Shown here one piece after another: positions 11,239 through 23,263 of a stretch of 32,194 nt of DNA. How positions within the stretch are numbered: position 1 is the stretch's first letter; the number at the start of each line of letters is the position of its first letter. The stretch lies in assembly GCF_001194135.2 (NCBI RefSeq), contig NC_068983.1:125121460-125153653 (forward strand), read 5' to 3'. Under the pieces are notes generated by a model. That model searched no databases. It worked only from the letters and a program-made list of their open reading frames with translations, and had not been told where the DNA came from. Both the position numbers and the translations under genes were made by a program. This DNA comes from Octopus bimaculoides (lineage: Eukaryota).

Positions 11239-11411
11239 GGCATATGGCGTAGTGTTTAAGAGCGAGGGCTACTAACCTTAAGATAATAATAATAATAATA
11301 ATAATAACATCGAAAAATACCTTAGGAATGAGACCGCAGAGTATATCAGCCGAAACGTTGTGTTAACAACAAACAAGATGAGGACAAATATCCGTCGACT
11401 GTAACTAATGT
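11239..11411 (+). mobile_element. PLE 3' composite: truncated tRNA-like head, (TAA)n, hammerhead-like half
   Basis: gggcatatggcgtagtgtttaagagcg (A-box-like), anticodon-arm-like aggg-ctactaa-cctt, (TAA)n at 11283-11307, then cagccgaaacg at 11347-11357. Confidence 0.5.
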
Positions 11412-11446
11412 AGCAGTTTTCTCTTAAGGACTTGTGTAAAGAGGAA

Positions 11447-11526
11447 TGTCTCTCTCTCTCTCTCTTTTTCTCTCTCTCTCTTTTCCTCTCTCTCTCTTTT
11501 CCTCTCTCTCTTTTCTTCCCTCTCTC

Positions 11527-11559
<33 letters not shown>

Positions 11560-11591
11560 NNNNNNNNNNNNNNNNNNNNNNNNNNNNNNNN

Positions 11592-11637
<46 letters not shown>

Positions 11638-11655
11638 TCTCTCTCTCTCTCTCTC
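11447..11655. repeat. (CT)n microsatellite spanning gap 11560-11591
   Basis: Direct reading. Explains the ERER/SLSL ORFs at 11424-11725. Confidence 0.95.
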
Positions 11656-13520
11656 TTCAACAATTGGCTTTACCTCGCAAACTCGTATAAGCGTGCATCC
11701 AAATCTCCTTTCAATTAGTCATTAGCACTGAAGACAGATTTTCTAAGAAGATCTCAAGACTCCTGCAGATCTGGGTTCCCAGCTCCGCTTTGGTTGTTGA
11801 CTACTATTAATCAAAAGGTACGGTCTTTGCTGCTGGTTACGTTTAGCCTCGCGATCTGACCTATGTTCAAAAATATAGTTCATATCGTGCAATCCAGACT
11901 TTTTCAGCACATACAATAATTCTCCCTAGAATTCCTGGCAGATTGGAGAAGCGTCTCCCTCGTAGTCATTGAATATAGGCGTGAAGAATCGGTATCGGAA
12001 ATTCTGGTTTCGCTGCTGCTATGTCTGTTGACTGAATGTCAAAGCGAGAGAAGACCTTATGCGTCCATGCAGCATAGCGCAAGTAAAGCTACGTTAAATA
12101 GAAGGATGAAAGTTGGAAGACCACTTAGCGTATTTTTGAGATAGGTGAGATGCTCCGTTCTACCAACGAATTGGGATGTTTTCCCAGACAATTTGTATTG
12201 TATTTTGTTAATGTTCGTTCGGAACATTGGGTTACTTGTATTTGAAAAGATCATTCAATACAATACAGAAGACTTTTATGTGTGTCTCTATGTCGTCTGT
12301 TTGTGTGGTCTAGCTATCTGATGTTTGTATGTTGATATACGTGATTCCATCACATGTTGCTGCCTGTCTCTCTGGCAGTGTGATCAATGATTTGTTTTGT
12401 GTTTGAGTTGAGAGTAGTCTTCCGGCTGTTGTGCGCGCATGAATTAGGCTTTGTTTCTATTTGTAATGAGTGCGATATTTGTGGCGATAGGGGTGGTGTT
12501 GACGACGATCGTGTTGTTAGTACCGGTACTGCTACTGCAGGTAGTGTTGAGGCATCGCTGCCAAAAGAACCTTTCTTTCTTTCTAATATTCCAGCTGTGT
12601 TTGTTGGACTGATGTTTTGTTATATCTTTCTATTGGCCATTTCTTCATTTTGTATATCCATCGTCACGTACCCACAATACACAGAGTGGTCTGAGGTGGG
12701 GATATGTATGTATATTTTGTCCTGTTATTGTTCTTTATGTTATTGCTTAGCTGCTTTCTGGTGATTTTGTCACAGTCGTCCGTTATGTATTAGCTCTTGT
12801 AGTAATTTTATTTTGCGTTTTCACTGCGGTTGATTCTATCTCTTCTTGTTCTTGATGCTGCAGTTACTTTTGGTGTTGCAGTTGCTGCTTATGTTGCCGC
12901 TTTTGATGCTGTCGTATTTATAGTAGTGGAGGCCTTCTTTCTGCTGTCACGTCCTATTTTTGATGGAGCAGAAGGCTTTGAGGTGACTGGTATTTTAAAG
13001 CTATGACACCTATGACATGTATCCTCCCCTACCATATGCATTTTCTACCCTTCTGTGAATTTATATGGTTGGAGATATCGTGTTCAATATCTCCGGCTAC
13101 GACTGAATCAGGTTATTCAATGATATTCCAAACCAATTATTCACTCAGATTTATTTTATGTTTATCCTCGCGCTAGAGTCCCCCAACTCAATACATTTCA
13201 CGACTTCCCTAAATCAAATTCTTGTGAGATATCTTAATTTTTATTCCTCTTACTCTTCGTCCCATGTAAATTGGTATGACGTAAATTCTTCAGCTCTTAG
13301 TGAGCTAGTGGAATGCTTTAGAACCAAGACTTCCGATAAAAATTTCACTTGTATACAGAAGAAGAATAAAATCAAATCAGCATGGCACCTGCCTCAATGT
13401 GTATAGTTGTGGTTAATTGCTACTATGATTAAGTTCTTGATTAACTATAAAATGCATTTGACGACGTTCTATCGCTTGGGCTGTAAAACAATATAAATTA
13501 CTAGACTTTTGATGATATTT
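11654..13520 (-). mobile_element. Degenerate L1/Tx1-type ORF1-like sequence with no ORF2 (HAL1-like candidate)
   Basis: Minus-strand STSSLRAEEF/YVIPIYMGRRVRGIKI (about 13235-13313) parallels LFLPT*CERKLMRAW in the local L1 ORF1. A CxxC remnant (TCHRCH, near 13000) is followed by a long Thr/Ala/Ser/Lys-rich tract. No APE or RT motifs seen. The 5' boundary is uncertain. Confidence 0.5.
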
Positions 13521-14329
13521 ACCATATGCGAATGCTCTGATTTTAAATATGCAATGAATAAATGCTCATTCGTTACGTAGATGAAACAGAGGATAAGTTA
13601 ATACTGAAAGAATGCTATTGAGAATTGTATTCACCCATATATATTTTCCCTTTCTCTCGTTTTATTTCTCTTTTGTATTGCACATTTTTATCTGCATTGA
13701 CATTTTTTCATCTGCGTGTGTTATAACCGAAGGCAAAACTGCCATAGAATGGTAATTATGAACTTACTTGTGAATATTATCGGTCTCCTTTCTCGAGACA
13801 AAAAAGAAAAAAAAAACCAAAGAAAAGCAAAACAAATGTTTCAAGTAGTTCATACAATGCACATATTCAGCAGGGAAATTGGCATAAAATGAAGATTCCG
13901 AATGTGCCAAGACCGATTGGCAACTTAAAGAAAAACAAGACCTATGTAAATTTTTAACATTAAGTTACATTAAGAAACAATAAAGAAAATATCTTCTAGC
14001 AAAGTTAGATGGTGGCGTGCTTAGGAAGAAAGCAGAACAGTAACGAACAGACTATAATAAAGAATAGCTTATGAATAAAAATGAGCTAAAGTGGAACTAA
14101 ATGTTTATCTACCTTTCATTATATTGAAAAAATGTAACACATCAATGTATAATGTATATATGCAATACATTCAACAAGATTATACGCAATCAAAAAATCT
14201 TTATAAAGCAGCAAGTTTCATTTAGCTAATCTAAATAGGAAACTAAGTCTCATTTACCGAAACGTCACAGGGAAGCAATTCTCATTTAACAAATTTATTT
14301 CTGAAATAGCATTATTTAACGAAACTATA

Positions 14330-14760
14330 TTGAAAAAACAACAAAGCTGTTCGATTGGATGAAATCACCGCAGAAACGCTCAAACATGGTGACAACATTG
14401 TGTATTGACTGAACTGAAAAGTTTGAGGAATTGCTAACAGCGTTTGCATAAAGTGTCACAGAGTTGGCAAGGAGTAATCATTGTAAAATTGCTGAAGAAA
14501 AGAAATATATTTAACTGCAATAAATGACGATGTCATTTCTAGGTAAATTTCTATTTTTTGCAAAGCGCTAGAGAGTGAAAGGAAGACCATCCTACGAGTG
14601 AAAGATAGTGAATAATTGCCTTCCAGTTAGCATTTTGTGGATCATGTTGTGCTGGAATGGGATCGTTCTGTATCACTTTTGTTTGTTGAAATCGCAAGCT
14701 ACAGAAAACAATATCGTGGTCGGAAAGCAGCCACTCTAATATTATGGATAGTGTTAGCGC
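14330..14760 (+). mobile_element. RTE-like LINE reverse transcriptase N-terminal remnant
   Basis: KNNKAVRLDEITAETLKHG (14334-14390) and IIVKLLKK resemble the KxxKAxGxDxIxAExLK and IVKLPKKG motifs of non-LTR RT domains 0 and 1. Confidence 0.6.
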
Positions 14761-14789
14761 GATTTCTAAACAAGTTTCTGTTGAACTTC

Positions 14790-16121
14790 ATTGGGATGGG
14801 AAAAATTCGTCCGTGAATTTTTATAGTTGAATTGTACACACCTTTCTTCAAGGTATGCGTACACCACTCAACCTAGTGGAAATTAAAGTGATCCGAATTT
14901 TGAATAAAGAAAACAAGTGATTAAATGTTATATTTAATTGACATTTAGTCATCAATGTACTTTCCCTGATTATCTATGACTTTCTTCCATCTATTTACAA
15001 GCTTTTTAATCCCATAAATATATAAAACTCTTTTGGTTTCAAAAAAGAGTTTCGACCTCCTGGCTTGCGAAAGTTATGTCCCCCAAATGATTCTGTAAAC
15101 AAGGAAACAAATGGTAGTCTGAAGGAGCAAGGTCGGGAGAACAAGTTAGATGAGGAATATTTTCCCAGTCCAGTTCTTCAATTTTCTGTGATGTGATCTT
15201 TGTAGTGTGGGGTCACGCATTTTCTTGATGAAACATCACTCCGTTTCGATTCACTAAAGCGGATCTTTTTTTCTTCAAAGCTTGGTTCAAACTGACAGTA
15301 AACTTGAGCATTGACTGTTGCATTAGGTGGTAACAATTGAAAATGAACTACTCCTTTGCAATCTCACCAGATAGAGTGAAGAACCTTTTTTCCCTTCTCG
15401 GTTGTGGTTGAGGCTTTTCCCTTTTATCAAGTTCCTGTTTGCGACGTTTAACATTTCGATTGAAGATCCATTTTTCGTCACCAGTCACAAATCTATCCAA
15501 AAAGGGTGAAATGAGTTCGCGAGAATAGAGAGAAAAGCAGATGTCAACTCGGGATTTGCGGTTGCTTTCGGACAATTCATGGGGCACCCATTTTCCAAGT
15601 GTAGGAACCTTTCCAAGTTGTTGAAGATGACGATGAACAGTTGTACGGTTTGAACTTAGCTTTATTGCCAATTCTTCTACTAATAATGCAGGATTTTCTC
15701 CAAGTAATGCCTCAAGAAACTTATAATCAAACTCAACAGGACGTCCTGTTTGACTTCATCTTCAAGGCTGAAATCTCCAATTTTGAATTTTGAAAACCAT
15801 CTTCTGCAAGTTTTTTTCATTCAACTATTCTTTCCCATAAACTGGGTGTATGACTCGAGTCACTTCGGGTGCAGAATTTCCTTTTTTGTACTCATAAAGC
15901 ATTATGTGCCTCAAATGCTCTTTGGATACTTCCATGTTAGAAAGGGTTTTAATCAAAGTAATTTTGATTCTATTATTCTGTAAAATAATATTTAATTAGT
16001 TTAAATGTACACAAATGCATAAAAATAATTTTTAATTCCATTAGACATTCTAAAATACTATTAAATTTCATACAATTTTAGAAAAGGTAAAATGGGACAG
16101 AACTTATAGCATGACCTGATA
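14790..16121 (-). mobile_element. Decayed ~1.33-kb mariner, D34D type
   Basis: WVPHEL and VTGDEKW (ORF 15348-15671), FHQENA*PH followed 34 residues later by CSPDLAPSDYHLF, and C-terminal GIKKLVNRWKKVIDNQGKYIDD* (stop at 14945-14947). Terminal TIR-like sequences are poorly matched. Confidence 0.92.
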
Positions 16122-16399
16122 AAGTATCTGCTAATGTTGATACCATCAACGATAAAGCCGAATTTTATAACTCTGCCTTACTTATAGCAGGCTATAGAGA
16201 AAAAAGTACCTATATTAATGCTATTGACATCAATTCTGCCTCTATTACTCAGGACATGAAATCAAGTCATAACGATGTTAACAATATTAATTTTATTTCG
16301 AATAACGACAACAAATCGAGTAATGTAATTCTGCAGCCTGATGGAGATAACTGCTATTTAAGACCCCTTTTATCGTTATAAAGGTACATTGAGAACTTT

Positions 16400-17350
16400 T
16401 AAAGATAATTAACCTAATAACAAGGTATGTCCTAGCAAAACTGTTTGGTTAATAATTCCATATGGTAAGCAGATCAAATCCAACCTCCCTTATCAGTTTC
16501 GTGGAGCTATAGAAAAGAATTTCCCAAGACATTCTAGATACTATTCGATTATTAATTCACACCGAATCAGGATAGGTTTTTCTCATACAAAGTCTTTCAC
16601 AAATAATAAGTTGTTAAATACAAATCCATTTAAGGAAAATAGTAACATTTATTTTTTTAGCACTAACCATTCTTTAAATAACAATAGCAGCGGTGTTAGT
16701 GTTTCTGATGTTGACTCAAATCGCATTCGTTTTCTTAGCAGTAATTCTAAGACTAGAAGCTCTATCATGTAAAATCACTTCTGGTCCTGATGTCTTTTTT
16801 TATATATAGGTAGTTCTTCATTTCAGTTGTCCAAATGAACATCTAATCATTACCCAACAATTAGACATATCAATAAACGTAACAATACTGTGTTTAGTAA
16901 ATTAATTTAGTATCTAAAGGATCATAAATAATTTGATTTGGAAAGGAATATTCTCTCTATATCTTTTCCGTATGATAAAGGTAAATCTTTTTGTCCTCTT
17001 TGTAACAGTGAAACGTATTTCATCCTATACTCAGAGAATCCTCTTGTAAACGCGTTTATAGAACGCGTTTATCGTTGCACAGTTCCTATAAATGATTTCT
17101 ACTATTCAATAAAATTCGAACTTTGACTGTTTTCTTACATTTCACTTCTACTAAATATATCTACTTCCATGCTTTCACTCTATATTCTTATTCAACTATC
17201 GCTCTATATCTCTCCACTATTAGTTTTCTGGTAGTTTCTTTCTTTCTCCTTCTCTTTCTATACAATACCTTTGACGTTATATCAAATAACGGTTATAAAA
17301 AAATTGCTAGATTTCCCTTCATCATATACACAGTCATCACATTCTGTTAA
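16400..17350 (-). mobile_element. Highly eroded non-LTR RT-like remnant
   Basis: Only weak motifs: VSLLQRGQKDLPLSY (about 16970-17015) and IVTFIDMS (about 16862-16886), in the expected RT order. A-rich minus strand. Confidence 0.3.
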
Positions 17351-18290
17351 AATGTTTTATTGATGTGTTTAGTTTCTTTCTTTCCCTGATGAGAAGATTG
17401 CATTGTTTTACAGCATTTTATTTTTTCTGGAATAATACCAAAGTTTTATTCGAAAGATATGTTGGAAGTAAAAAAATTGAATAACACCTGCGTTTAACTC
17501 CATTTATATGTAGATATNNNNNNNNNNNNNNNNNNNNNNNNNNNNNNNNNNNNNNNNNNNNNNNNNNNNNNNNNNNNNNNNNNNNNNNNNNNNNNNNNNN
17601 NNNNNNNNNNNNNNNNNNNNNNNNNNNNNNNNNNNNNNNNNNNNNNNNNNNNNNNNNNNNNNNNNNNNNNNNNNNNNNNNNNNNNNNNNNNNNNNNNNNN
17701 NNNNNNNNNNNNNNNNNNNNNNNNNNNNNNNNNNNNNNNNNNNNNNNNNNNNNNNNNNNNNNNNNNNNNNNNNNNNNNNNNNNNNNNNNNNNNNNNNNNN
17801 NNNNNNNNNNNNNNNNNNNNNNNNNNNNNNNNNNNNNNNNNNNNNNNNNNNNNNNNNNNNNNNNNNNNNNNNNNNNNNNNNNNNNNNNNNNNNNNNNNNN
17901 NNNNNNNNNNNNNNNNNNNNNNNNNNNNNNNNNNNNNNNNNNNNNNNNNNNNNNNNNNNNNNNNNNNNNNNNNNNNNNNNNNNNNNNNNNNNNNNNNNNN
18001 NNNNNNNNNNNNNNNNNNNNNNNNNNNNNNNNNNNNNNNNNNNNNNNNNNNNNNNNNNNNNNNNNNNNNNNNNNNNNNNNNNNNNNNNNNNNNNNNNNNN
18101 NNNNNNNNNNNNNNNNNNNNNNNNNNNNNNNNNNNNNNNNNNNNNNNNNNNNNNNNNNNNNNNNNNNNNNNNNNNNNNNNNNNNNNNNNNNNNNNNNNNN
18201 NNNNNNNNNNNNNNNNNNNNNNNNNNNNNNNNNNNNNNNNNNNNNNNNNNNNNNNNNNNNNNNNNNNNNNNNNNNNNNNNNNNNNNNNNN

Positions 18291-18333
<43 letters not shown>

Positions 18334-18853
18334 TAATATTCGTAGACACTTTAACATGTTACTTAACCCTTTAACACTTTAAATAATATTTGTAGACATT
18401 TTAACGTTTCAAGGAACTCTACTACTACTACTACGGGTTTTTAAACTCAAGAAAACATCTCCTCTAGCTGGTTAACCATGCACATCTGTATCCGATAAAT
18501 TGTGAGCAGAGGAGTGAACCCCAACCACCTTCTAGCGACGCGACCAGTAGAGAATTTCTGGTTTCAGGCTATTTCTGCCACTTTTTTCTCAGTATTGGAC
18601 ACCTCGTCTGCTAGAGATGGTGGTAGCTCACTTCTGCTCGCAATATATATATTTCAAGTGAACACACAGTCATTGATTTTGCAACAAGCAAAACTGATAG
18701 TTCTAGACTGTGTCTAAGTGATCAACGCAGTAGGTGCACTGACAAAATTGGAGTGGAATACGTTGGAACGGACAGCCATGTTAAAGTCGCTACAAATATT
18801 ACTTGTCAGGCTTACTGCGTTGATATCTTGAGATTTTAGAACTAGCATTTTTG

Positions 18854-18966
<113 letters not shown>

Positions 18967-18979
18967 ATATACAAATACA

Positions 18980-19315
18980 TTTTATTTGTTTCAGTCATTT
19001 AACTGCAGCCATGCTGGAGCAGTGCTATTAGTAAAAAAATTCAACCTCAAGACTTATTCCTTATAAGCCTAGTACTTATTCTATCGGTCACTTTTGCCGA
19101 GACACTAAGTTATGGTGCGTGTATATATTAACATCGGCTGTCAGCCGATGTGAGGGAATAAACAGAGACGCACAAATATCTACATTTATATATACGACGG
19201 GTTTCTACAGTTTCCATCTACTAAATCCGAGGCTATAATAGAAGACACTTACCCATGGTTTCACGCAGTGGGACTGAAACCGAAACCATGTGCTTGGGAA
19301 CCCGAAGCCATGTAC
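18980..19315 (-). mobile_element. SINE family C, near full length, next to (TA)n(TG)n 18857-18970
   Basis: tttcagtcatttaactgcagccatgctggagc...cctagtacttattctatcggtc...gaggctataatagaagacactt...cgcagtgggactgaaaccg. Confidence 0.8.
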
Positions 19316-19460
19316 TTCTTTATTTCATAAATATTTGCTATACAAGCATTACAAAGACGGGACAAACAAGGACAGACAAAGGTGAAATCGTGAAGAAGCT
19401 GCTACAATTTAAACGTTCTTTTTTATGAATGAAAAGTTTCGATTAAAATTACAGTAAATA

Positions 19461-22400
19461 TTAAAAGTTCGATGATATCACATTGTCACATGCAATGTAT
19501 CTCTTGAAGGAAAAGCACCCGACCACCAGAGTAAAACAGGTAACGCCACCAGGGTAAAAGAGGTAACGCCGCATGGAAGCACTGCCAAGCCAGGAATTTC
19601 TGGTAATTTCCAGACACCCCGGCCCGAAAGCACTCTTGAACAGGTTGATCAACTGATTTTCATCGTAGCCCTGGGTTTCCCCTAAGGCGTTTTGGGACAT
19701 AAACTTCACTAACCTGCTATAAAATTTCGCGGTGAAACTCCTGCTGCCGGCATTGCCGGCCCGAGAGAGCAGCTGAAGTGCCTGACGGCACTCCAGTTGC
19801 CGGTCCCCCAGCCTAGGTCTCTGCTTAATCCATGTAGCAATGCCCATTAAGGACGTTAACTGCGAAAGGTAGATCAGGACATGTGGTGACTACACCTGCT
19901 CTCCATCTAGGTGAATCCAAAGGTGCCTCAACCTTAACGCGAATTTTCACATTTTCAGCCAAGTCATCCCCAGCTCACCCTTTAGCGTTTCGGGCAGCAG
20001 ACAGAGCGCTTCACAAGTGGCTTTTCTCTCTTCCACAAAAAGCGGAAAAGTATTCTCTCCAACTTGTTCAGCCACAAATCGGGGTAAGGCACAATGGTCA
20101 GACGGTAGGTGATTACTGAAGCTATAAACATCTGCACCACTTCCGCCTTCCTCAGCAAGGATAAAGCCCGCTCAGACCAAATCTGGGTTAGAGCAGTCAC
20201 ATTGCTCCTTACCTCACACCAATGTGTCTCTATCTGGAGGTCCGGACCAAACCAGACTCCGATCAGCTTAACAGGAACTTCCGCCCAACACCCACGACGT
20301 TATTGGACGCCATCAGCTTGCCTTTGCTCCTGCTACCGCCTCGTGACTTTTGATGGCCTCTTTCACCATTGGAAGCCCGGCCCTCATCTGCTTCGCTGAT
20401 AGTGATGTCGCCCAACCATAGATCATGCGGCGCGCCCCCAAGTGCCTCCAACTTCCGCAGTGATGTCTCAAGAGACAACGAATACAAGATCGGAGACAGG
20501 AGCCACCCCTGACGCACTGAGCGCTCGATCCTGAATGGCTTCAAAAAGAAACCATTCACTTTCAAGACAGACTCTATGTCACTATACAATGCAGCAATCC
20601 AACCGCGTAAGGTCGGGCCCAGGCCAGCTTTCTCGAGGAACGCCGCCAAGTACCGATAGTCGACCCTATCAAATGCTTTAGACTAGTCTAAATGTACTAG
20701 TGCCCCCCCCCCGTGCGTTAGAAAGCTTCCTTACCGTCTCTAATGAGTAGTGTATAAGGTGAAGATTATAGTGGATCGACTTGCCCGGGATGGCNNNNNN
20801 NNNNNNNNNNNNNNNNNNNNNNNNNNNNNNNNNNNNNNNNNNNNNNNNNNNNNNNNNNNNNNNNNNNNNNNNNNNNNNNNNNNNNNNNNNNNNNNNNNNN
20901 NNNNNNNNNNNNNNNNNNNNNNNNNNNNNNNNNNNNNNNNNNNNNNNNNNNNNNNNNNNNNNNNNNNNNNNNNNNNNNNNNNNNNNNNNNNNNNNNNNNN
21001 NNNNNNNNNNNNNNNNNNNNNNNNNNNNNNNNNNNNNNNNNNNNNNNNNNNNNNNNNNNNNNNNNNNNNNNNNNNNNNNNNNNNNNNNNNNNNNNNNNNN
21101 NNNNNNNNNNNNNNNNNNNNNNNNNNNNNNNNNNNNNNNNNNNNNNNNNNNNNNNNNNNNNNNNNNNNNNNNNNNNNNNNNNNNNNNNNNNNNNNNNNNN
21201 NNNNNNNNNNNNNNNNNNNNNNNNNNNNNNNNNNNNNNNNNNNNNNNNNNNNNNNNNNNNNNNNNNNNNNNNNNNNNNNNNNNNNNCGCCAGACAGGAAG
21301 TCTCTAAGGGCCTCAGCATAATCCAGCGTCCCGCCCCTCCAGAACAAAGCGGCGAAGTGCTGGTGAAGTGCCTCACACATCTCGTCCTGTACTTCGACCG
21401 AATTCCCATTGTCATCAAGAGACCTAATTGTGGCATCATTCCCACGCTGGTTTTCTACCGTACGGGCCTGTCCGGCAACATTAATTCCCTCACTTTCAAT
21501 GCGCGCACTTTTCCCCGAACTCTGCACCCCTTATGTTTGGCTTGGAGGTGACGGTCCAAGGCTGTTCTCGCTGACAAAATGTAGTATGGAGAGCCCAACC
21601 TCAACGCCTGCTCTACTTTCTTAATTAGTTGCCCTTCTATTCTGGCCTTATCTAGTCTTAGCTGATGGCTAAACCTACCAGACTCAAAACGAATGGCCTC
21701 TGTACTAATTCCTTGATCGCGCTACGGTATGCCTCACAAGTCAAAATAAACTTGTTTAGATTCCAGTAGCCGGATCCTCTCTTATCTCTATTATCTATGG
21801 TCAGTGTAAGGTACTTGAACAAGCTGTGGACAGCTAAAACTAACTTTATCTCTAGTTCTTATCACTATTCTGTCTAAGTAAGACTTGTGCCTTCCGTCGC
21901 CATTTATCCACGTCCACTCTGGGACGTTCTGGTGATCAAGCCTGTAACGATCTGCTAGCTGAATGCACTTAAGCAGACCTAGGAGACGTGAATTTGCTTT
22001 CCTACCAGTCGAGCCAACGCTATCGATGCGTGCGTCAATGATAGCGTTAAAGTCTCCTAACACCACTAATGTCTTCGACGTCACGAGAGAGTTCTCTAGG
22101 CGCCGATAAACATCAGTTTGAAATCTTCTAGCAGAAAGTGAGTAGATCCCGATGAACCTGAAGTCCATACTACTGTGTTACATCAAGGATGATCATCCCA
22201 CATTCTGAGTCTACATAAACTGTACTTGTCTGCAGAATCAAGCCTTTTCGGATCAGTATAACTACCCCGCTCGACCTCCGTTCTGGCTAGGAGACATGAT
22301 TTTCTCATAGCCATTCAGGAGGCGTGAGAAGGTTTGTAGACTGTCCAGCTTGGTCTCTGTAGCAACCATCACATGCATATCGTGTGATCTGAGGTCGTTG

Positions 22401-22471
22401 AGGAAACAGGCTTGCTTCCACTTCGAGCTCAGACCACGCACATTCAAACATCCAAGGTTAAGTGCAGCCAT
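19461..22471 (-). pseudogene. L1/Tx1 ORF2 (APE endonuclease + reverse transcriptase), frameshifted
   Basis: APE motifs LNVRGL, ATETKL, VLGDFNA, SYLDR and YTDH. RT motifs IPGKSIHYN, LD*SKAFDRVDYRYL and RSVRQGWLLSPILY. YADD is reduced to GDITI. Also IASVITYRL and WLNKLERILFRFLWK. Confidence 0.9.
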
Positions 22472-22498
22472 TAAAACAATGAGAAAAAAGCAAGGGCT

Positions 22499-23263
22499 CT
22501 ACTTACTCTTAATTGGTGATGTTGGGGATGACCTCACAACACGTGAGCTACGGGAGGGTGGAGTTTTTCAACCATTTTTTGAGGAGGTTTCCATCTCCTC
22601 GGAATAGTCCATTTCTCCTTCCAGAGGAGGGAGACTCGTCCACAACTGTTCTAGAACCCTACTCTGGTCCTGGGATGAGTTCTTCTTGATGTGGCCTGCT
22701 TCCAGGCACAGGTGACACTTGGTTTGCGTCCCTCAAGCATCACCATGTACTTGCAATCGGCCATTAGAAAAAATCTGGGAAAACCAGATTCTTGGCTGAT
22801 AGGGTCCACAGGGTCAAAACAGCGACTGACCCAAACCAATCAGCCACAGGCAAAATTTTCACATTGCGGAGCTTGGCTCCACTGCCATCCAGACTCCGGC
22901 GGATAGTTTCCTGTATCCACTCGGTCACTATCCCGGGTGGCAACCTGCAGACCCAAGCCCGCATCAGTTTCCTCTCACATTACGTGGGGAGAAACAAAAT
23001 TTTATTGCCCTCCAAGGGCTGGCTCGCAAAAATGCGAACCTCCTCCGGGGTGTCAAATAGCAACCAAGTCGTTGTATATCCAACACCCCGGTCAATAAAC
23101 TTCACAGTAGGTAAATAGTCCTTTAATTCTAATTCTATTACTTTTTTGGAGAATACGGCGATGGTGTCGATAACGTTCGAATATGTTGTCAACACCACTC
23201 TTGCTGTTTAATCCACTCTCTTAGTGGGATAATCTCTCACTGCAAGAAATTCTTTTTCGCCAT
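22499..23263 (-). pseudogene. L1/Tx1 ORF1 (gag-like nucleic-acid-binding protein), disrupted
   Basis: ATG at 23263 (ATGGCGAAAAAG). The RRM-like region spans ORFs 22980-23198 and 22764-22964. VMLEGRKP is followed after a frameshift by CHLCLEAGHIKKNS (CX2CX4HX4C with the last Cys changed to Ser, 22676-22717). Confidence 0.75.

Noticed and set aside
12387-12764. Hydrophobic, membrane-protein-looking ORF (also 17123-17350, 31563-31892, 25449-26024)
   Set aside because: These are antisense shadows of A-rich retroelement sense strands, which give Phe/Leu/Val-rich translations.
18560-18830. Possible APE endonuclease remnant on the minus strand (ICSDFN...FVSAPT)
   Set aside because: A single degenerate motif is too weak to call without a profile search.
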